A stretch of DNA of 63,900 nt, filler included, from Craspedostauros australis (Eukaryota): NCBI GenBank assembly GCA_030167865.1. It is 15 parts of 15 records of this genome, joined end to end, with 100 filler letters (N's around TTAATTAATTAA, not from the genome) between each part and the next. Parts side by side here need not be neighbours in the genome. Positions count along the whole stretch, not along the records: positions 49,634 to 53,611 come from JALAGF010005484.1; positions 53,712 to 56,290 come from JALAGF010005485.1; positions 56,391 to 58,702 come from JALAGF010005486.1; positions 58,803 to 60,904 come from JALAGF010005487.1; positions 61,005 to 62,675 come from JALAGF010005491.1; positions 62,776 to 63,900 come from JALAGF010005634.1; 9 more parts are not named here. One strand, 5' to 3'. The notes beneath the pieces were generated by a model. The model was given only the letters and a program-made list of their open reading frames with translations. It was not told the origin of the DNA and ran no database searches. A program made the translations under genes and the position numbers. This document shows positions 50,106-62,857 of this stretch, piece by piece. Position 1 is the stretch's first letter; every line of letters starts with the position of its first letter.

Positions 50106-51598
50106 CGCATCCACTTTCCACGTGCAACGACGCAACGATCAGACGCGCGGGGCGACACATGGACAGAAAATTGCATGCCGGCGCAGGTCCGTCGCACACT
50201 GTTGGAGCACATCGATAATCGCGTTTGTTGATGCATCACGACCAACCAGTTTGCGAATGACATTTATGCTTGTGGTGGAAACAAACGCATGCTTCCAGAC
50301 GAGAATCATTTTACCCTGTCCTCCAGACCTGTAATGCTTTGCTGAAACGAACACGAACGTCAGATGTTGCGCCATTGCTTTGACGCAAATAGCGCACACC
50401 ACTACTATGCTATCATGGAGAAGTGCAATGCAATTGTTCCACCGTATTCGTTGCAAAGTACTATATGCAAGTACATCAACATTACTGGTGGTTACACTTT
50501 GATTGGGAATCGGCACTCGCTGACCACACAATCTTGCTTCACAGGGGAGGTGCACTAAGAACACCGCGAAACACAGCTCACAGGAATCTCCTCGTTGCCT
50601 CCGAAATCGAAACAAAGTCTCATAAAACAAATCGGTCATCAGATTGAAAACGCCAACAACCAGCAATCAACTGACAACCAGCAATCAACTGACAACCAGC
50701 AGTTGCAAGGAGACGACTCGCCCCTCTGAGGTCGCAACGAAGAGAAACAAACCAAAAAGGTACGCGCACATCACGAAGAAAGGGGGAGGGAAGCTTGGCT
50801 GATGGATGAGGAAGATCGGACAGCACACACGCACACGCGCACGAACACGCTCACCTACACAACGGAGCATGCAGTCATTTGCAAAACCGAGGTCAAGACG
50901 CACACGAACTGCGGACAGCGTCGCAGATGATGCAGCAGCACTGATGAAACGGCAGCACGCACCAACGCTGGAGATGCAAGATACCTGCGAGTGTGAGCAC
51001 CATACCTACATTCCAGTCAATCTTCGCGGCTCGTTATGCAGCGGTGCTGCGGCCCCTGTCGGTGGCGCCCATCTCGTTCGGGATGCCTCGTATCATGTCA
51101 ATGTCCAACGCGCGCCACTCCACATCCAGGCGCTCAAACTCCGCACCTCCTCCAAGCCGAATTAACCCATGCTCTGCTCTTTTCCATCACCATCATTCCT
51201 TCTCTTCCCTTCCCTTCGCACGCGCAACTGATGCCTCCTGTGTGCGCAATCTTGACGTGATCGAATCGTCACGATGTTGTGTCGATTGATGGATATCGTT
51301 GATCTCCATTGATTGTCGTCGTTGTCGTTGCTCGCCACCGCGTCTCGCGTCATTTCACACACCAACAATTATGCTCACACAAATGAACACATCGCTACGA
51401 CACTCACAATCGTTGCCGTTCTTCGTGGGACGGAACTCGCTGCCAAACTCACACATGATGCTTGCATTGCCAATCCCAACCCATACGTGATCCGTACCAA
51501 CCCATTCTCGTGGCACGTACGCATACATGCACGCAAACAAAATGCCCCCGCCATACAGAACCAACAGTCTCACGACAGCACCGAAGACAACAGCAAAG

Positions 51599-53611
51599 AT
51601 GCTCTGCACCAACACAGCCTTCGCGGCTTTTATCGCTGTCGCCAACACGGCAACAACCCACGCTATCCTCCGCGGCAACAGGATTCCTGTGGATCCAACC
51701 GAGGAACTCCACATAATGATGATGAAGACCCGCATCCTCAAGGACACCAACGGCGACGTGAAAACCAACAAGAACAACAAGAACAACCAAGTGCCACCCT
51801 CTGAAAACCCAACTGATCCAGAAACGACCCCGCCAACCGCGTCGCCGACCTCCCAGCCCACGCTCCTACCATCTGCCAAACCATCAGCTGCCCCAATTGT
51901 CTTCGATTCCACCATCTCCGTTGTCTGCAAGCCGGATGGCGCTACCGATCTCACAATGGAAGAGAGAAGCACCAAGACCATCATCTGTAACTCTGCCAAG
52001 CCATCATGCCGCGAAGCCATCACCGCCGTCAAGGAATCCGAGCAGCTGCAGAACTTCTTCGGATGTGCAGGAGACCTCGGCGAAGGAGCTGCACGCAAGC
52101 TCTTCAGCAAGTACGCATCCAGCGATATCCTTGCTGGCCAATTGGCCATGGTCGCTACCACCAATCCAGTCCTGGTCACCGAACGACCAGATGAAATGAA
52201 CGCAGCGTGCGCGGCCATCGCGGCGATGCAATCGCCTGCCGTCGCAGACCCATGCTGCCAAGGATCCTCGGGATGCACCTCAGTCACCGGTTCCGCCTCC
52301 AACTCTCCTCCATTCATGACCGTCGCTATCACTGCATGCACCGGTGACAGCGCCTGCAAGGACATGGGCCCCAACCCACTCATTCTCGATTCCTCCTGCA
52401 CTGGCGCGAGTGCATGCGAGTTGATGAACGAAAATGAAATCAACCCGTCCATCACAGGAGTCACCTTCGTCGGTGAGATGGCATGCACCACTCCTCAATC
52501 TTGTGAGGGAGTGGGACGTCGTTCTCATGGTGATGTCACCATCCAGACCGGTGCATGCGTTGGGCCAGACGCATGCAAGGCAGCTGGACGCCGTGTCGTG
52601 CAGAAGGCCCTCTCCAACAACCGCAGCCACATCGACATCGGGGCGAATGCGTGCGTCGGCAGCAATGCCTGCAAAGATGCCCATTCCACTGTCAACTATG
52701 GTACTGCTGGCAAGCGTGCAGGCAGCCTGACCATTGGTGCTGGTGGTTGCGGCGCCGATGGGTCATGCGAGAAGATGGGCTTCAATGACAAGATGACAAC
52801 CGACCTCGTCGTCCCTCCTGGTGGATGCAGCAGTGTCAAAGGCTGCAGGGGATGCATGACGAAGACAGAGTGCGGCTCCGACGAAGTCTACATCATCAGC
52901 GATGTTGATGGGGCCTGCCCAAAGGGAGGCAATGACAGCAACATGAATCCCACTGGTGACAAGATGGACGAGTATTGCATTGGCAAGGACACCTTGCCCA
53001 CAGACTGTCCGACCTTTTCTCCCACCCCTTTCCCAACACCTGTCACGTCACCTCCCACATCAGCACCCACAGCTCCAACTGCTTCACCGACTTCGGCACC
53101 GACCAGTGCCCCGACAAGCGCCCCAACTTCAGCACCGACCAGTGCCCCAACTTCAGCACCAACAAGCGCTCCGACGTCAGCACCGACCAGTGCCCCGACA
53201 AGCGCCCCAACTTCAGCACCAACAAGCGCTCCGACGCCAGCACCGACGTCAGCACCGACGTCAGCACCGACCAGTGCCCCGACCAGTGCCCCGACAAGCG
53301 CCCCAACTTCAGCACCAACAAGCGCTCCGACGTCAGCACCGACCTCAGCACCGACCGGTGCCCCGACCAGCGCCCCAACTTCAGCACCAACAAGCGCTCC
53401 GACGTCAGCACCGACCTCGGCACCGACCAGTGCCCCGACAAGCGCCCCAACTTCAGCACCGACGAGCACTCCGACTTCGGCGCCAACGAGCTCTCCAACA
53501 AGCGCCCCGACTTCGGCTCCAACTTCAGCTCCAACATCGGCTCCTACCTCGGCACCGACGAGCGCACCAAGCGCGCCAACATCCGCGCCAACCAGCGCCC
53601 CAACTGCCCTG
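51599..53611 (+). CDS. Secreted/cell-surface mucin-like protein: signal peptide, C-x5-C repeat domain, long (PTSA)n stalk; 3'-truncated
   Basis: MLCTNTAFAAFIAVANTATTHAILRG; repeats ACTGDSAC, SCTGASAC, ACVGPDAC, ACVGSNAC; more than 40 PTSA-type units from about 53050 with varied synonymous codons. Confidence 0.85.
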
Positions 53612-53711
53612 NNNNNNNNNNNNNNNNNNNNNNNNNNNNNNNNNNNNNNNNNNNNTTAATTAATTAANNNNNNNNNNNNNNNNNNNNNNNNNNNNNNNNN
53701 NNNNNNNNNNN

Positions 53712-53795
53712 TCCAAGTGCGTATGAGAGAATAGCGGGTGAGCGATGCACATATACTCGTACATCTCGACATATACTCACATGTACATCTCGACA
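53712..53795 (-). mobile_element. End of a family A LTR inserted into the family B leader
   Basis: ...CATGTACATCTCGACA abuts TTGGCAGAGGCTACTGAGG (compare 17285 and 19905). Confidence 0.85.
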
Positions 53796-54742
53796 TTGGC
53801 AGAGGCTACTGAGGTCTGACCTTGGGTCGCTTACCTTCAGCTGGGACATTGTCCTCTTGAGTGGCTCGGTTTTCGAGCGGTGGGGATCTGATTTCAGATC
53901 AGATGCATGCGATGAGGACGTGGTCCTTGTTGGAAGCTCGGTCTGCGAGCTGTGCCTTTTGGCTTCGTCTCAGAGAGACTCTTTGCGATCGGTTGGCAGA
54001 GGAAGATGCTCGGTGGAGTTGATTAGAGAGTATTTGGCAACCACTCGCAGCTACCAGTTAGGATTCGAGCGTGGTTGGCACGAATCGGTGGAAGATGTCT
54101 CTTGGTTCTGCCAGCTTCGAGATAGCCGTGTGATGCAGTTCAAGAGAGGTGTACTAATTGAAGAGTTATAACTGTAACAATGAGTAGTAGAGTGCATTGT
54201 AGCTAATCCTTGTCTGTGTTGATTATGAGTTAGCTTGTTGGTGTTAGTAGGGTGAAGAAACGATGCCACACAACTTGGTGAGACCCTGCACTGATGCACT
54301 TGATTCAGTGCAACAGAACAGACAATCAATACTGTACTTTGCTCTCCTCACATGTAGTTACACTGCAGTGTAGGTCATGACAATCAGTGATGACGATCAT
54401 GAAGCAGTGGCTGTGGTTGAAGCTGACCCTCGGATTCCATTGCTTGAGTTGAAGCAAGTTGGATACGCATGTTGAGACCACGGTGGTAGTGTGGTGGTCA
54501 TCAGCATGAAGGAATCGAGGTATGTTGTAGTAAGGAGGATCTGAAGAGCATATAGTTCCCAAGTGGGTTGTGAGTCAGGTCGGTCAGGTTTGAGTCATGA
54601 TGGATTCGTGAATGGAGGAGAGAAAGGAGGAGAAAAGATTTGGTGGTCGATCAAGTCGGAAGATTTCGCGCCAAAACAGGAATTTCTCCCATCGGGTTGA
54701 TACCGTGTTCGGTAGTAGTCTGTCCCTTATTGAATCTCAACT
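53796..54742 (-). mobile_element. Family B leader, PBS and 5' LTR (LTR 54056-54742)
   Basis: Minus strand AGTTGAGATTC...CCTAACT-GGTAGCTGCGA; abuts family C leader sequence (54743 onward matches 55326 onward). Confidence 0.88.
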
Positions 54743-55386
54743 AATTTCTATCACATCAATCACATCAACTATCACCCATCACCCATCTCCGAACGCTTTC
54801 ACCATGGCTACCAACACCAACGTCACCGACACCNNNNNNNNNNNNNNNNNNNNNNNNNNNNNNNNNNNNNNNNNNNNNNNNNNCGTTTTCATTATCGTTT
54901 TATCAGATTAACAGTCGCACTCGCTCCACACCTGTGTTGATCGAGTGAATATCCACTTCATCTGCTTTCAGCATTCTCAGCTTCCTCACGTGACGACGTG
55001 ACACTCTCTGCCCAGTCCTCTGTGCAGACACACTCTTCTGTTCGGAATCCACCGTTCAGCTCCACTCGGCTTCGGCCCTCGCGCGCTCACCACACTCCAG
55101 ACATCACAGTCCAAGTGTGTAAACTCTCTCTTTCCAAACTGCTTCACACGCCAATCCTCTCTTGAATCGNAAACAACTCGTCACAGACGATTGATCAAGT
55201 GTGCTTTCCTGCTCTATTTCTTGAATCGTACAACAACATCGCCCACGGCGATCTACGCGAGAAACCAGAAATATCAAGACAAACAAATACTCCGCCAACT
55301 ACAACAAAACAAACACAAAACAAACAATTTCCATCACATCAATCACATCAACTATCACCCATCACCCATCTCCGAACGCTTTCACC

Positions 55387-56290
55387 ATGGCTACCAACAC
55401 CAACGTCACCGACACCAACGAGTACACCATACTCAACCACGTCTTGTCTACCATCGGTATTCAGGCCCATTCTTGGCAACGTCGCGCTCTCAACGAGGCC
55501 GGCATCGCCAACGCAATGGATCTGATTCATCTCGATAAGCCTGCCCTCTTGGCAATCGAGGTGACCGACGACGACGACAACACATTCCGTCCCATGAATG
55601 TGCTTGTTGTCAACAAGATCCTCGCATTGGTACGCTGAATCAATCTCCAACCCCGATTGACTCCCGATGAATGGATGAGTGTCGACATGTACGACATCTC
55701 GCACCTATCTGTCATCGGGGCCGCGGGTCCTCGGACCCTGGCCAGCTACCATCCACGAGGAGGTGTCGGCATCATTCCTCCCAGTACTCGCACTCGCCGT
55801 ACTGTGGACGATGATGAGGACATCGAATCTGTGTCCCTGCCTGATCGGGCCAGATTTGCTACTCCGGTGACCAACCCTTCGGCACGCGTTGCAACAGCGG
55901 ACACTCCAATCGCTGCTACTCCCGTGCCGAGTGTTGCATTCGCTCCGTCGAGCGCTCTCCCAGAGTCGTTCACCAAGGAGTTCAGCCGTGGTGTTAAGCG
56001 TGAGGCCCTCGCATTCCCCACCCTGAAGGATGACAAGCGCTTCCTTTCGTTCCGGCGCCAATTCGAAGCGATCGCGTATACTCATGGACTTGAGTATCAC
56101 ATCGATCCTTTGTGGGAGCCGGGTCCATCGGACATGTTGTTCTACAACATGCAGAACAGGTACTTGTACTCTGTTCTGAGCCTCCATGTCAAGACCACGC
56201 GTGGCAACCAACTCCTTCGCAAGCATCAAGCGAGCAAGGACGGTCGAGCTGTCTATCAGAGTCTCATTGAGATTTACACCAATGGTGTCA
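55387..56290 (+). pseudogene. Copia family C gag N-terminal part with in-frame TGA at 55636-55638
   Basis: FSRGVKREALAFPTLKDDKRFLSFRRQFEAIAYTHGL...QNRYLYSVL...DGRAVYQSL resembles diatom copia gag; the two ORF-track pieces share a frame. Confidence 0.8.
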
Positions 56291-56390
56291 NNNNNNNNNN
56301 NNNNNNNNNNNNNNNNNNNNNNNNNNNNNNNNNNTTAATTAATTAANNNNNNNNNNNNNNNNNNNNNNNNNNNNNNNNNNNNNNNNNNNN

Positions 56391-57309
56391 GGAGCGAAAA
56401 TGGGGTGACATCCTCCAGGAACGCAACCTGCTGATCAGAGGGTCTGAACCCTTTGTGCACACGATGAGGGAAGAAGGCGCTATGGATGAAGTACTGGCAT
56501 TTGTGAAGGACCTGGATGAGGCCCTGAAAGAGGGCGCCTCTCTTGATGACTCAACGGGCATGTTTCACGATGCGTACTTCAACAAGATGTCTGCAGACAT
56601 GAACCTACGCATGGTCAAGCTGATGGTCAGACTGGTTGCCACCTCCAACAAATTCTCTGGAGGGCTGTGGAAGTCCAAGCAGATCAAGGCAACACACAAG
56701 ACAGCAGCATGGATTGGTGTGAGGATGGCACTCATGATGGTCAAAGGCATGCCTCTGGACAACGAAAAAGAAGAACTGGCAAAATCCCTCAACCTGGTGG
56801 CAAAACAAGAAACAGTGAAAACTAAGACACAAAGTTGTGACGTTTCCGCACAAGCAGCCAAAACCGCAGGGCCTCCACAGTGTGAATGATGTGCTCAGCA
56901 AGTACCACAAGATGTTCTTTGACGTCCAACTCCCCATGACGCGTGAAGGCCATGACTCCCCGCTGGTGCAGGTTATCGCCAGTATGAACGCCCTTCGTGC
57001 ATTCATTTTCAGGGCGGACTCAAAGGCGCAGATCATGGCGTGGCATAAGAACAACACAATTCGTCCATGGACCTCCGCTGACGTACCATGGTCCACGAGG
57101 GAGACCCTGAAACAAATTGTGGAGAGTCTCTATGCAAAGACGGGACCCATGACATACAACAGACTGCGGGCTGCTCATAAGCAGGAGATTGAAGCATTTG
57201 ACAATGACGGTACCCTGAGCATGGCAGCCATTCATTTTNGCAAGTCAGATATCCAGGAGCACAACATCATTGCAGCTAGCTGGTTGTTTGGGAGCCACAG
57301 CACTACCAA
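56391..57309 (+). pseudogene. Frameshifted ORF fragment, possibly ORF1 of an Ambal-like non-LTR element, cut by a family A LTR
   Basis: Two overlapping ORFs; FIFRADSKAQIMAW and DIQEHNIIAASWLFGSH resemble diatom LINE ORF1 proteins by recall only. Confidence 0.45.
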
Positions 57310-58424
57310 TGTTGGCAAGTTCCGCTCACGGAAACCTACGATCGTGGAAGGTGGTATTGGTTGATAGTCGTTTGTTTGCTATTTCATTAGTTGGTTACTC
57401 CGATACTCTCGGTGTACGCCCGTTCTTCTTGCCCGATGCTCTCGGCGCTTCAATCTGTTTTGTAGATTCAGTCTCCGACTATGAGTCGGTATGCGAGATC
57501 CTCTCTCGCTCCTCTCTCTTTACTCTCTCTCTCTCTCTCTCAACATCGTGTGCTCGTGCTACACGATACTCCGTGTTCGATGCGTACTCCGCATTCGACA
57601 CTCCGTNNNNNNNNNNNNNNNNNNNNNNNNNNNNNNNNNNNNNNNNNNNNNNNNNNACCTACGATCGTGGAAGGTGGTATTGGTTGATAGTCGTTCGTTT
57701 GCTATTTCATTAGTTGGTTACTCCGATCCTCTCGGTGTACGCCCGTTCTTCTTGCCCAATGCTCTCGGTGCTTCAATCTGTTTCGTAGATTTGGTCTCCA
57801 ACTATGAGTCGGTACGCGAGATGCTCTCTCGCTCTTCTCTCTTTACTCTCTCTCTCTCTCAACATCGTGTACTTGCGCTACACGATACTCCGTGTTCGAT
57901 GCGTACTCCGCATTCGACACTCTGTTCGTTCAGTACTGGTTCCTACTCCATGAGTACTCACCATTTGAAGTCCATCTTCAGTATCCATGATCTTCATGGG
58001 TCATCGGATCTTCGCCTCCTGCTCTGACTTGGAGACAGATGTCNNNNNNNNNNNNNNNNNNNNNNNNNNNNNNNNNNNNNNNNNNNNNNNNNNNNNNNNN
58101 NNNNNNNNNNNNNNNNNNNNNNNNNNNNNNNNNNNNNNNNNNNNGTCATCTGAGGTTTAGTTGGGAAGTACCTCAAGATTCTCTTGGTACCATTGATGGA
58201 TGGACGGACGATATTCCAATTCTCTCAGAAATCGTTGATTGCAAATTTCCTCCAGAAATCTTGCCCCTTTTCATGTGTTCCATTTCCGCTGTAATTCTGA
58301 CGAATCACAGTATACTATCGACACGAATGTGATTATACCGTCCAAGTGCGTATGAGAGAATAACGGGTGATCGATGCACATATACACGTATATCTCGACA
58401 TATACTCACATGTACATCTCGACA
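57310..58424 (-). mobile_element. Family A LTR (two non-identical copies merged across gaps)
   Basis: TGTTGGCAAG...ATCTCGACA; 57334-57606 recurs with substitutions from 57657. Confidence 0.87.
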
Positions 58425-58802
58425 TTCTCACGATATTGGAAGAGCAAAACCTTGAATTCGACTTGTTGGCTGTGCTGTCGGCTGTCTGCTGCCTGCTATG
58501 TGCTGCTGTGTGATGATTCCCAAACTTGTTGNNNNNNNNNNNNNNNNNNNNNNNNNTAAGCGAAAAGAGACATCGAGTCAAACAAGTCAAAGATATCACG
58601 ATTAGCACAGGAGGTACGAGAGCACAGGAAACACAGAGGATGACCAGTGAGGACAGGTCAGCCACTGACATCAACAGCAACAAAAACAAACACAGGGGCG
58701 GCNNNNNNNNNNNNNNNNNNNNNNNNNNNNNNNNNNNNNNNNNNNNTTAATTAATTAANNNNNNNNNNNNNNNNNNNNNNNNNNNNNNNNNNNNNNNNNN
58801 NN

Positions 58803-60904
58803 ATCATTGCGCAATTCTTCCGCAATATACGCGATGAACGATACATGAGCGAGGTGTCGCGTCTCCGAAAGCAGAAGCTCACCTTCGCAGAGATCCGCAA
58901 GGAACTCATGGAACATGATCGTGTGCTGACCAACATCGAAGCACATCAATCTCCTCGGCGCAACCGCCGATTCCAAACCAAGCAGGGCGGACGCAACGAC
59001 CGCAAGCGACCACATGATGGCCAATCCGGCGACCGCAAATCCGCGCCCGCATTTCGGCTGTCGGACAGCGTATTCAGACGCCTCCCAGCCTGCCAACAGG
59101 CGCTCCTTGTGGAGGCCACGAGGCACTACCGCAAGAACGGGAAGAACATCGACGATGAGACCCTCAAGAAACTCAAGCCAGCGGAGTTCGCACAGAATCT
59201 CCAGCTGCCGCTCACACGCAGAGCAGCCAAGCGCGACCGGCCCCACGGGACCCCGACTCGCGACGGCAAGAAACGCGGATCATTCGGCGACAGCTCTTGA
59301 CAACCAACGGCGGGCACACTTCGCCGTCAGTCTGAGGTTGCCATCCGTATCAAGCCCCGCGACTGTAGNNNNNNNNNNNNNNNNNNNNNNNNNNNNNNNN
59401 NNNNNNNNNNNNNNNNNNNNNNNNNNNNNNNNNNNNNNNNNNNNNNNNNNNNNNNNNNNNNNNNNNNNNNNNNNNNNNNNNNNNATGGACGGTAGCCAGG
59501 GCTACATCATATTGGACTCAGGGGCGGACGGCGACATCGTGCATGAATCCGGATGGGTGGTGACCCGACAACACAAGCAGACTTTCCAAGCCCGCGGGGC
59601 GACAATGGAATCACACATCGAGACCTTCCAGATGGTCGACGCGGTGGCAGCATATGAATCACCCACAGGGGATGTGGTTCTGATCAAGGCAAACTACGTG
59701 GCGCTCGACGAGCACCCAAGGCAGACNNNNNNNNNNNNNNNNNNNNNNNNNNNNNNNNNNNNNNNNNNNNNNNNNNNNNNNNNNNNNNNNNNNNNNNNNN
59801 NNNNNCAGCGCATCGCGTCAGGGGGGATCAGTATACCACTGGCCAATCATGACGGCAACACTCTGCGCATACCCATACGAAAACCGACGGCTCATGAGCT
59901 CGATAACATTACTAAGCATATCACGATATGCGACAGACACCAACGACTTCGACGTAACAACCAACGGGTTGACTTCGGCNNNNNNNNNNNNNNNNNNNNN
60001 NNNNNNNNNNNNNNNNNNNNNNNNNNNNNTACAGCTGCAGAGGGACGGCCCAAGCGTGCACGCATTGTGGAACCCCGAGTGCCGCCGTCAAGCATAACCC
60101 ACCCGCATGTCGAACACTGTCTTCGCAGGGCAAGAGTGATGGACGGTAGCCAGGGCTACATCATATTGGACTCAGGGGCGGACGGCGACATCGTGCATGC
60201 ATCCGGAATGGGTGGTGACCCGAAAACACAAGCAGACTTTCCAAGCCCGCGGGGCGACAATGGAATCACAAATCGAGACCTTCCAGATGGTCGACGCGGT
60301 GGCAGCATATGAATCACCCACAGGGGATGTGGTTCTGATCAAGGCAAACTACGTGGCGCTCGACGAGCACCCAAGGCAGACAGAATCGTTGATGAATACT
60401 CATCATATGCGCGCGTCCGGACTGAACGTCTACGATCGCCTACTTCAACACCAAGGGCAACAGCGCATTGCGTCAGGGGGGATCAGTATACCACTGGCCA
60501 ATCATGACGGCAACACTCTGCGCATACCCATACGAAAACCAACGGCTCACGAGCTCGATAACATTACTAAGCATATCACGATATGCGACAGACACCAACG
60601 ACTTCGACGTAACAACCAACGGGTTGACTTCGGCGAAGTGTTCAAGCATCTCCCACAGCAGGTGGTTGAGAAGACCATGGCGGCATCAACCCAGCTGGCG
60701 GACCGACCGATCGAGGCCGAGTCACGACTCATCCCACGGCAGTACCGTACGCAGCGCGCAGGGGTATTGCAGCCACACCGGCTACACGGAAGAGTTGACA
60801 CCGATCCATTCTTTTCCACCATCCAGTCGATCCGACACTACAAATGCTTCCAGCTGTTCATACACAGCGAATCCAAGCTGATTTGGACCAAGCCACTCCG
60901 ACGG
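58803..60904 (+). mobile_element. Copia family E: gag C-terminus, TGA, protease and start of integrase
   Basis: gag ORF ends at 59300; IILDSGADGDIV protease; GRVDTDPFFSTIQSIRHYKCFQLF integrase start. 59485-59979 is repeated from 60139. Confidence 0.88.
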
Positions 60905-61004
60905 NNNNNNNNNNNNNNNNNNNNNNNNNNNNNNNNNNNNNNNNNNNNTTAATTAATTAANNNNNNNNNNNNNNNNNNNNNNNNNNNNNNNNNNNNNNNN
61001 NNNN

Positions 61005-62675
61005 TCCCAGCTTGAGGAGGAGGCAACTCGTCGCGGTTCACCTCGTCGTCTTCATCTACGCCGTCCTCGTCGGCGTCGTCGTCGTCATTGCTCATGGCCT
61101 CTTCGATGTCGCTATCGTTGGCCTCGTTGTCCATCTCAGCTTCGTCGCCGTATGAATCGATCAGGTCGTGCGCGTTGAAGCAGCATTCGTAGCTTACTTC
61201 GCGTCTTGGATCCACCTCGTGGATGATTGGCTCCTCACTGAGCCACNNNNNNNNNNNNNNNNNNNNNNNNNNNNNNNNNNNNNNNNNNNNNNNNNNNNNN
61301 NNNNNNNNNNNNNNNNNNNNNNNNNNNNNNNNNNNNNNNNNNNNNNNNNNNNNNNNNNNNNNNNNNGAGAGTACCATCTCGTGCCCGCTCTTGTCGTGTC
61401 CTTGTGTTGCTGTGTTGGCCTGCTCGTCGGCCTTCTTCTTCTCGTTGAACTTCTTCTTTCGGAACTCCGCCTCGCGGTGTCCGAAGATGCCGCAGTAGTT
61501 GCACTTGCCCTTGAAGCCGCTTCCCTTGTTGCGCTTTCCGTTCATCTNNNNNNNNNNNNNNNNNNNNNNNNNNNNNNNNNNNNNNNNNNNNNNNNNNNNN
61601 NNNNNNNNNNNNNNNTGGGCAATCGGCGGATCTATGACCATACACGCCACAGTTGTGACAAGTACCCTTGAAGTTACCGGTGCTTGTGAAGCCGGTGTCA
61701 TTGCTCTTCGTGTTGCTGTCTTGGAAGTCGTCGATGTACGCCTTACCTCCTTGATGAGTGGCGTATGCTGTGCGGAGTACTCCTTTGATCGTGTTGATGG
61801 TGACCAGTTCCGGATTGAACGTGAGTTGGTGATGGAAGTTCACGACGTGGGTTCTGTATTCCACGCTCACCGTGCTGAGGATCTGCATGATCATCTCCTC
61901 GTCCGTGATCTTGTACTTGACATCGTGGAGACGCGATCGTAGACCCTCGAGTCGCATGATGTAGATGTCGGGGTCCGAGTCTCTCTTCATCTTTTCGTTG
62001 TTGAATTGGCGCTTGAGTTTGATCTTCGTCGCCGCGTCGGATGGTCGGAACTTCTCCGCGAGAACGTTCCACGCTNNNNNTGCGTCTCCTTCGGGGTAGT
62101 CGTCGGAGATGCATTGGTTGATGTACTGGATGGCCTGCTTGCCTTTTCCTTTCTCTGCATCCATCATGAGGATCTGATCGCTGAAGCAGTCGCATCCCAG
62201 CTTGTAGATCTCTTCCATCGCTTCCTTGGCTTCTTCGGCGGCTGCCGCGATCTCGCTCACTGTTGGCACCTTGGTCTTGCCCAACATCACGTCTCTCGTC
62301 TTCTGTGCACGAGCGTATGCCTTNNNNNNNNNNNNNNNNNNNNNNNNNNNNNNNNNNNNNNNNNNNNNNNNNNNNNNNNNNATGCGTCGCTTGTTCACGT
62401 TGGCTGATGTCGCCATGTTGATTCGTTGTTTCGTCGTTGGTGCGCTCGCGCCCTTGATTTTCGTCTGTTGTTGCGCGGAGATTGTTTTCGTCACAAATTC
62501 TCCTCCTGGTGGTGTCTCACTTTTCCCACCCTGTTTGGCTGTGCGAATGCTCTCCGTCACACCAGTCTCCTCTTGCTTGTACGCCTTGAGGATCCTCTCC
62601 TCCTCGCGGTGTAGTCTTGCAGACCGTTCTTCTTCGGTCTCGTCGATTGCGCTTGCGTATGCGCCTGATAGGACA
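61005..62675 (-). mobile_element. Copia family D gag fragment
   Basis: DCFSDQILMMDAEKGKGKQAIQYINQC, CHNCGVYGHRSADC, CNYCGIFGHREAEF; paralogous to 33000-35800 and 39000-40870. Confidence 0.9.
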
Positions 62676-62857
62676 NNNNNNNNNNNNNNNNNNNNNNNNN
62701 NNNNNNNNNNNNNNNNNNNTTAATTAATTAANNNNNNNNNNNNNNNNNNNNNNNNNNNNNNNNNNNNNNNNNNNNGTAAAAGTTGCGGTCAAAAACGGAA
62801 TGGAGTGACAATGAAATTTATATTGGATCGAAGTAATCCCCTAGGTCATGAAGGGAT

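Noticed and set aside
49750..50334. Cys-rich ORF resembling metallothionein
   Set aside because: Translation product of the TGCA tandem repeat, open in several frames on both strands.
55636..55644. In-frame TGA in family C gag (and 45546 in the transposase) as readthrough or alternative genetic code
   Set aside because: No CARYYA context and no second copy; single substitutions (TGG or CGA to TGA) explain them.
6998..62731. Recurrent TTAATTAATTAA palindrome
   Set aside because: Always centred in N runs with stops in six frames: an assembly spacer. Adjacency across it has no biological meaning.
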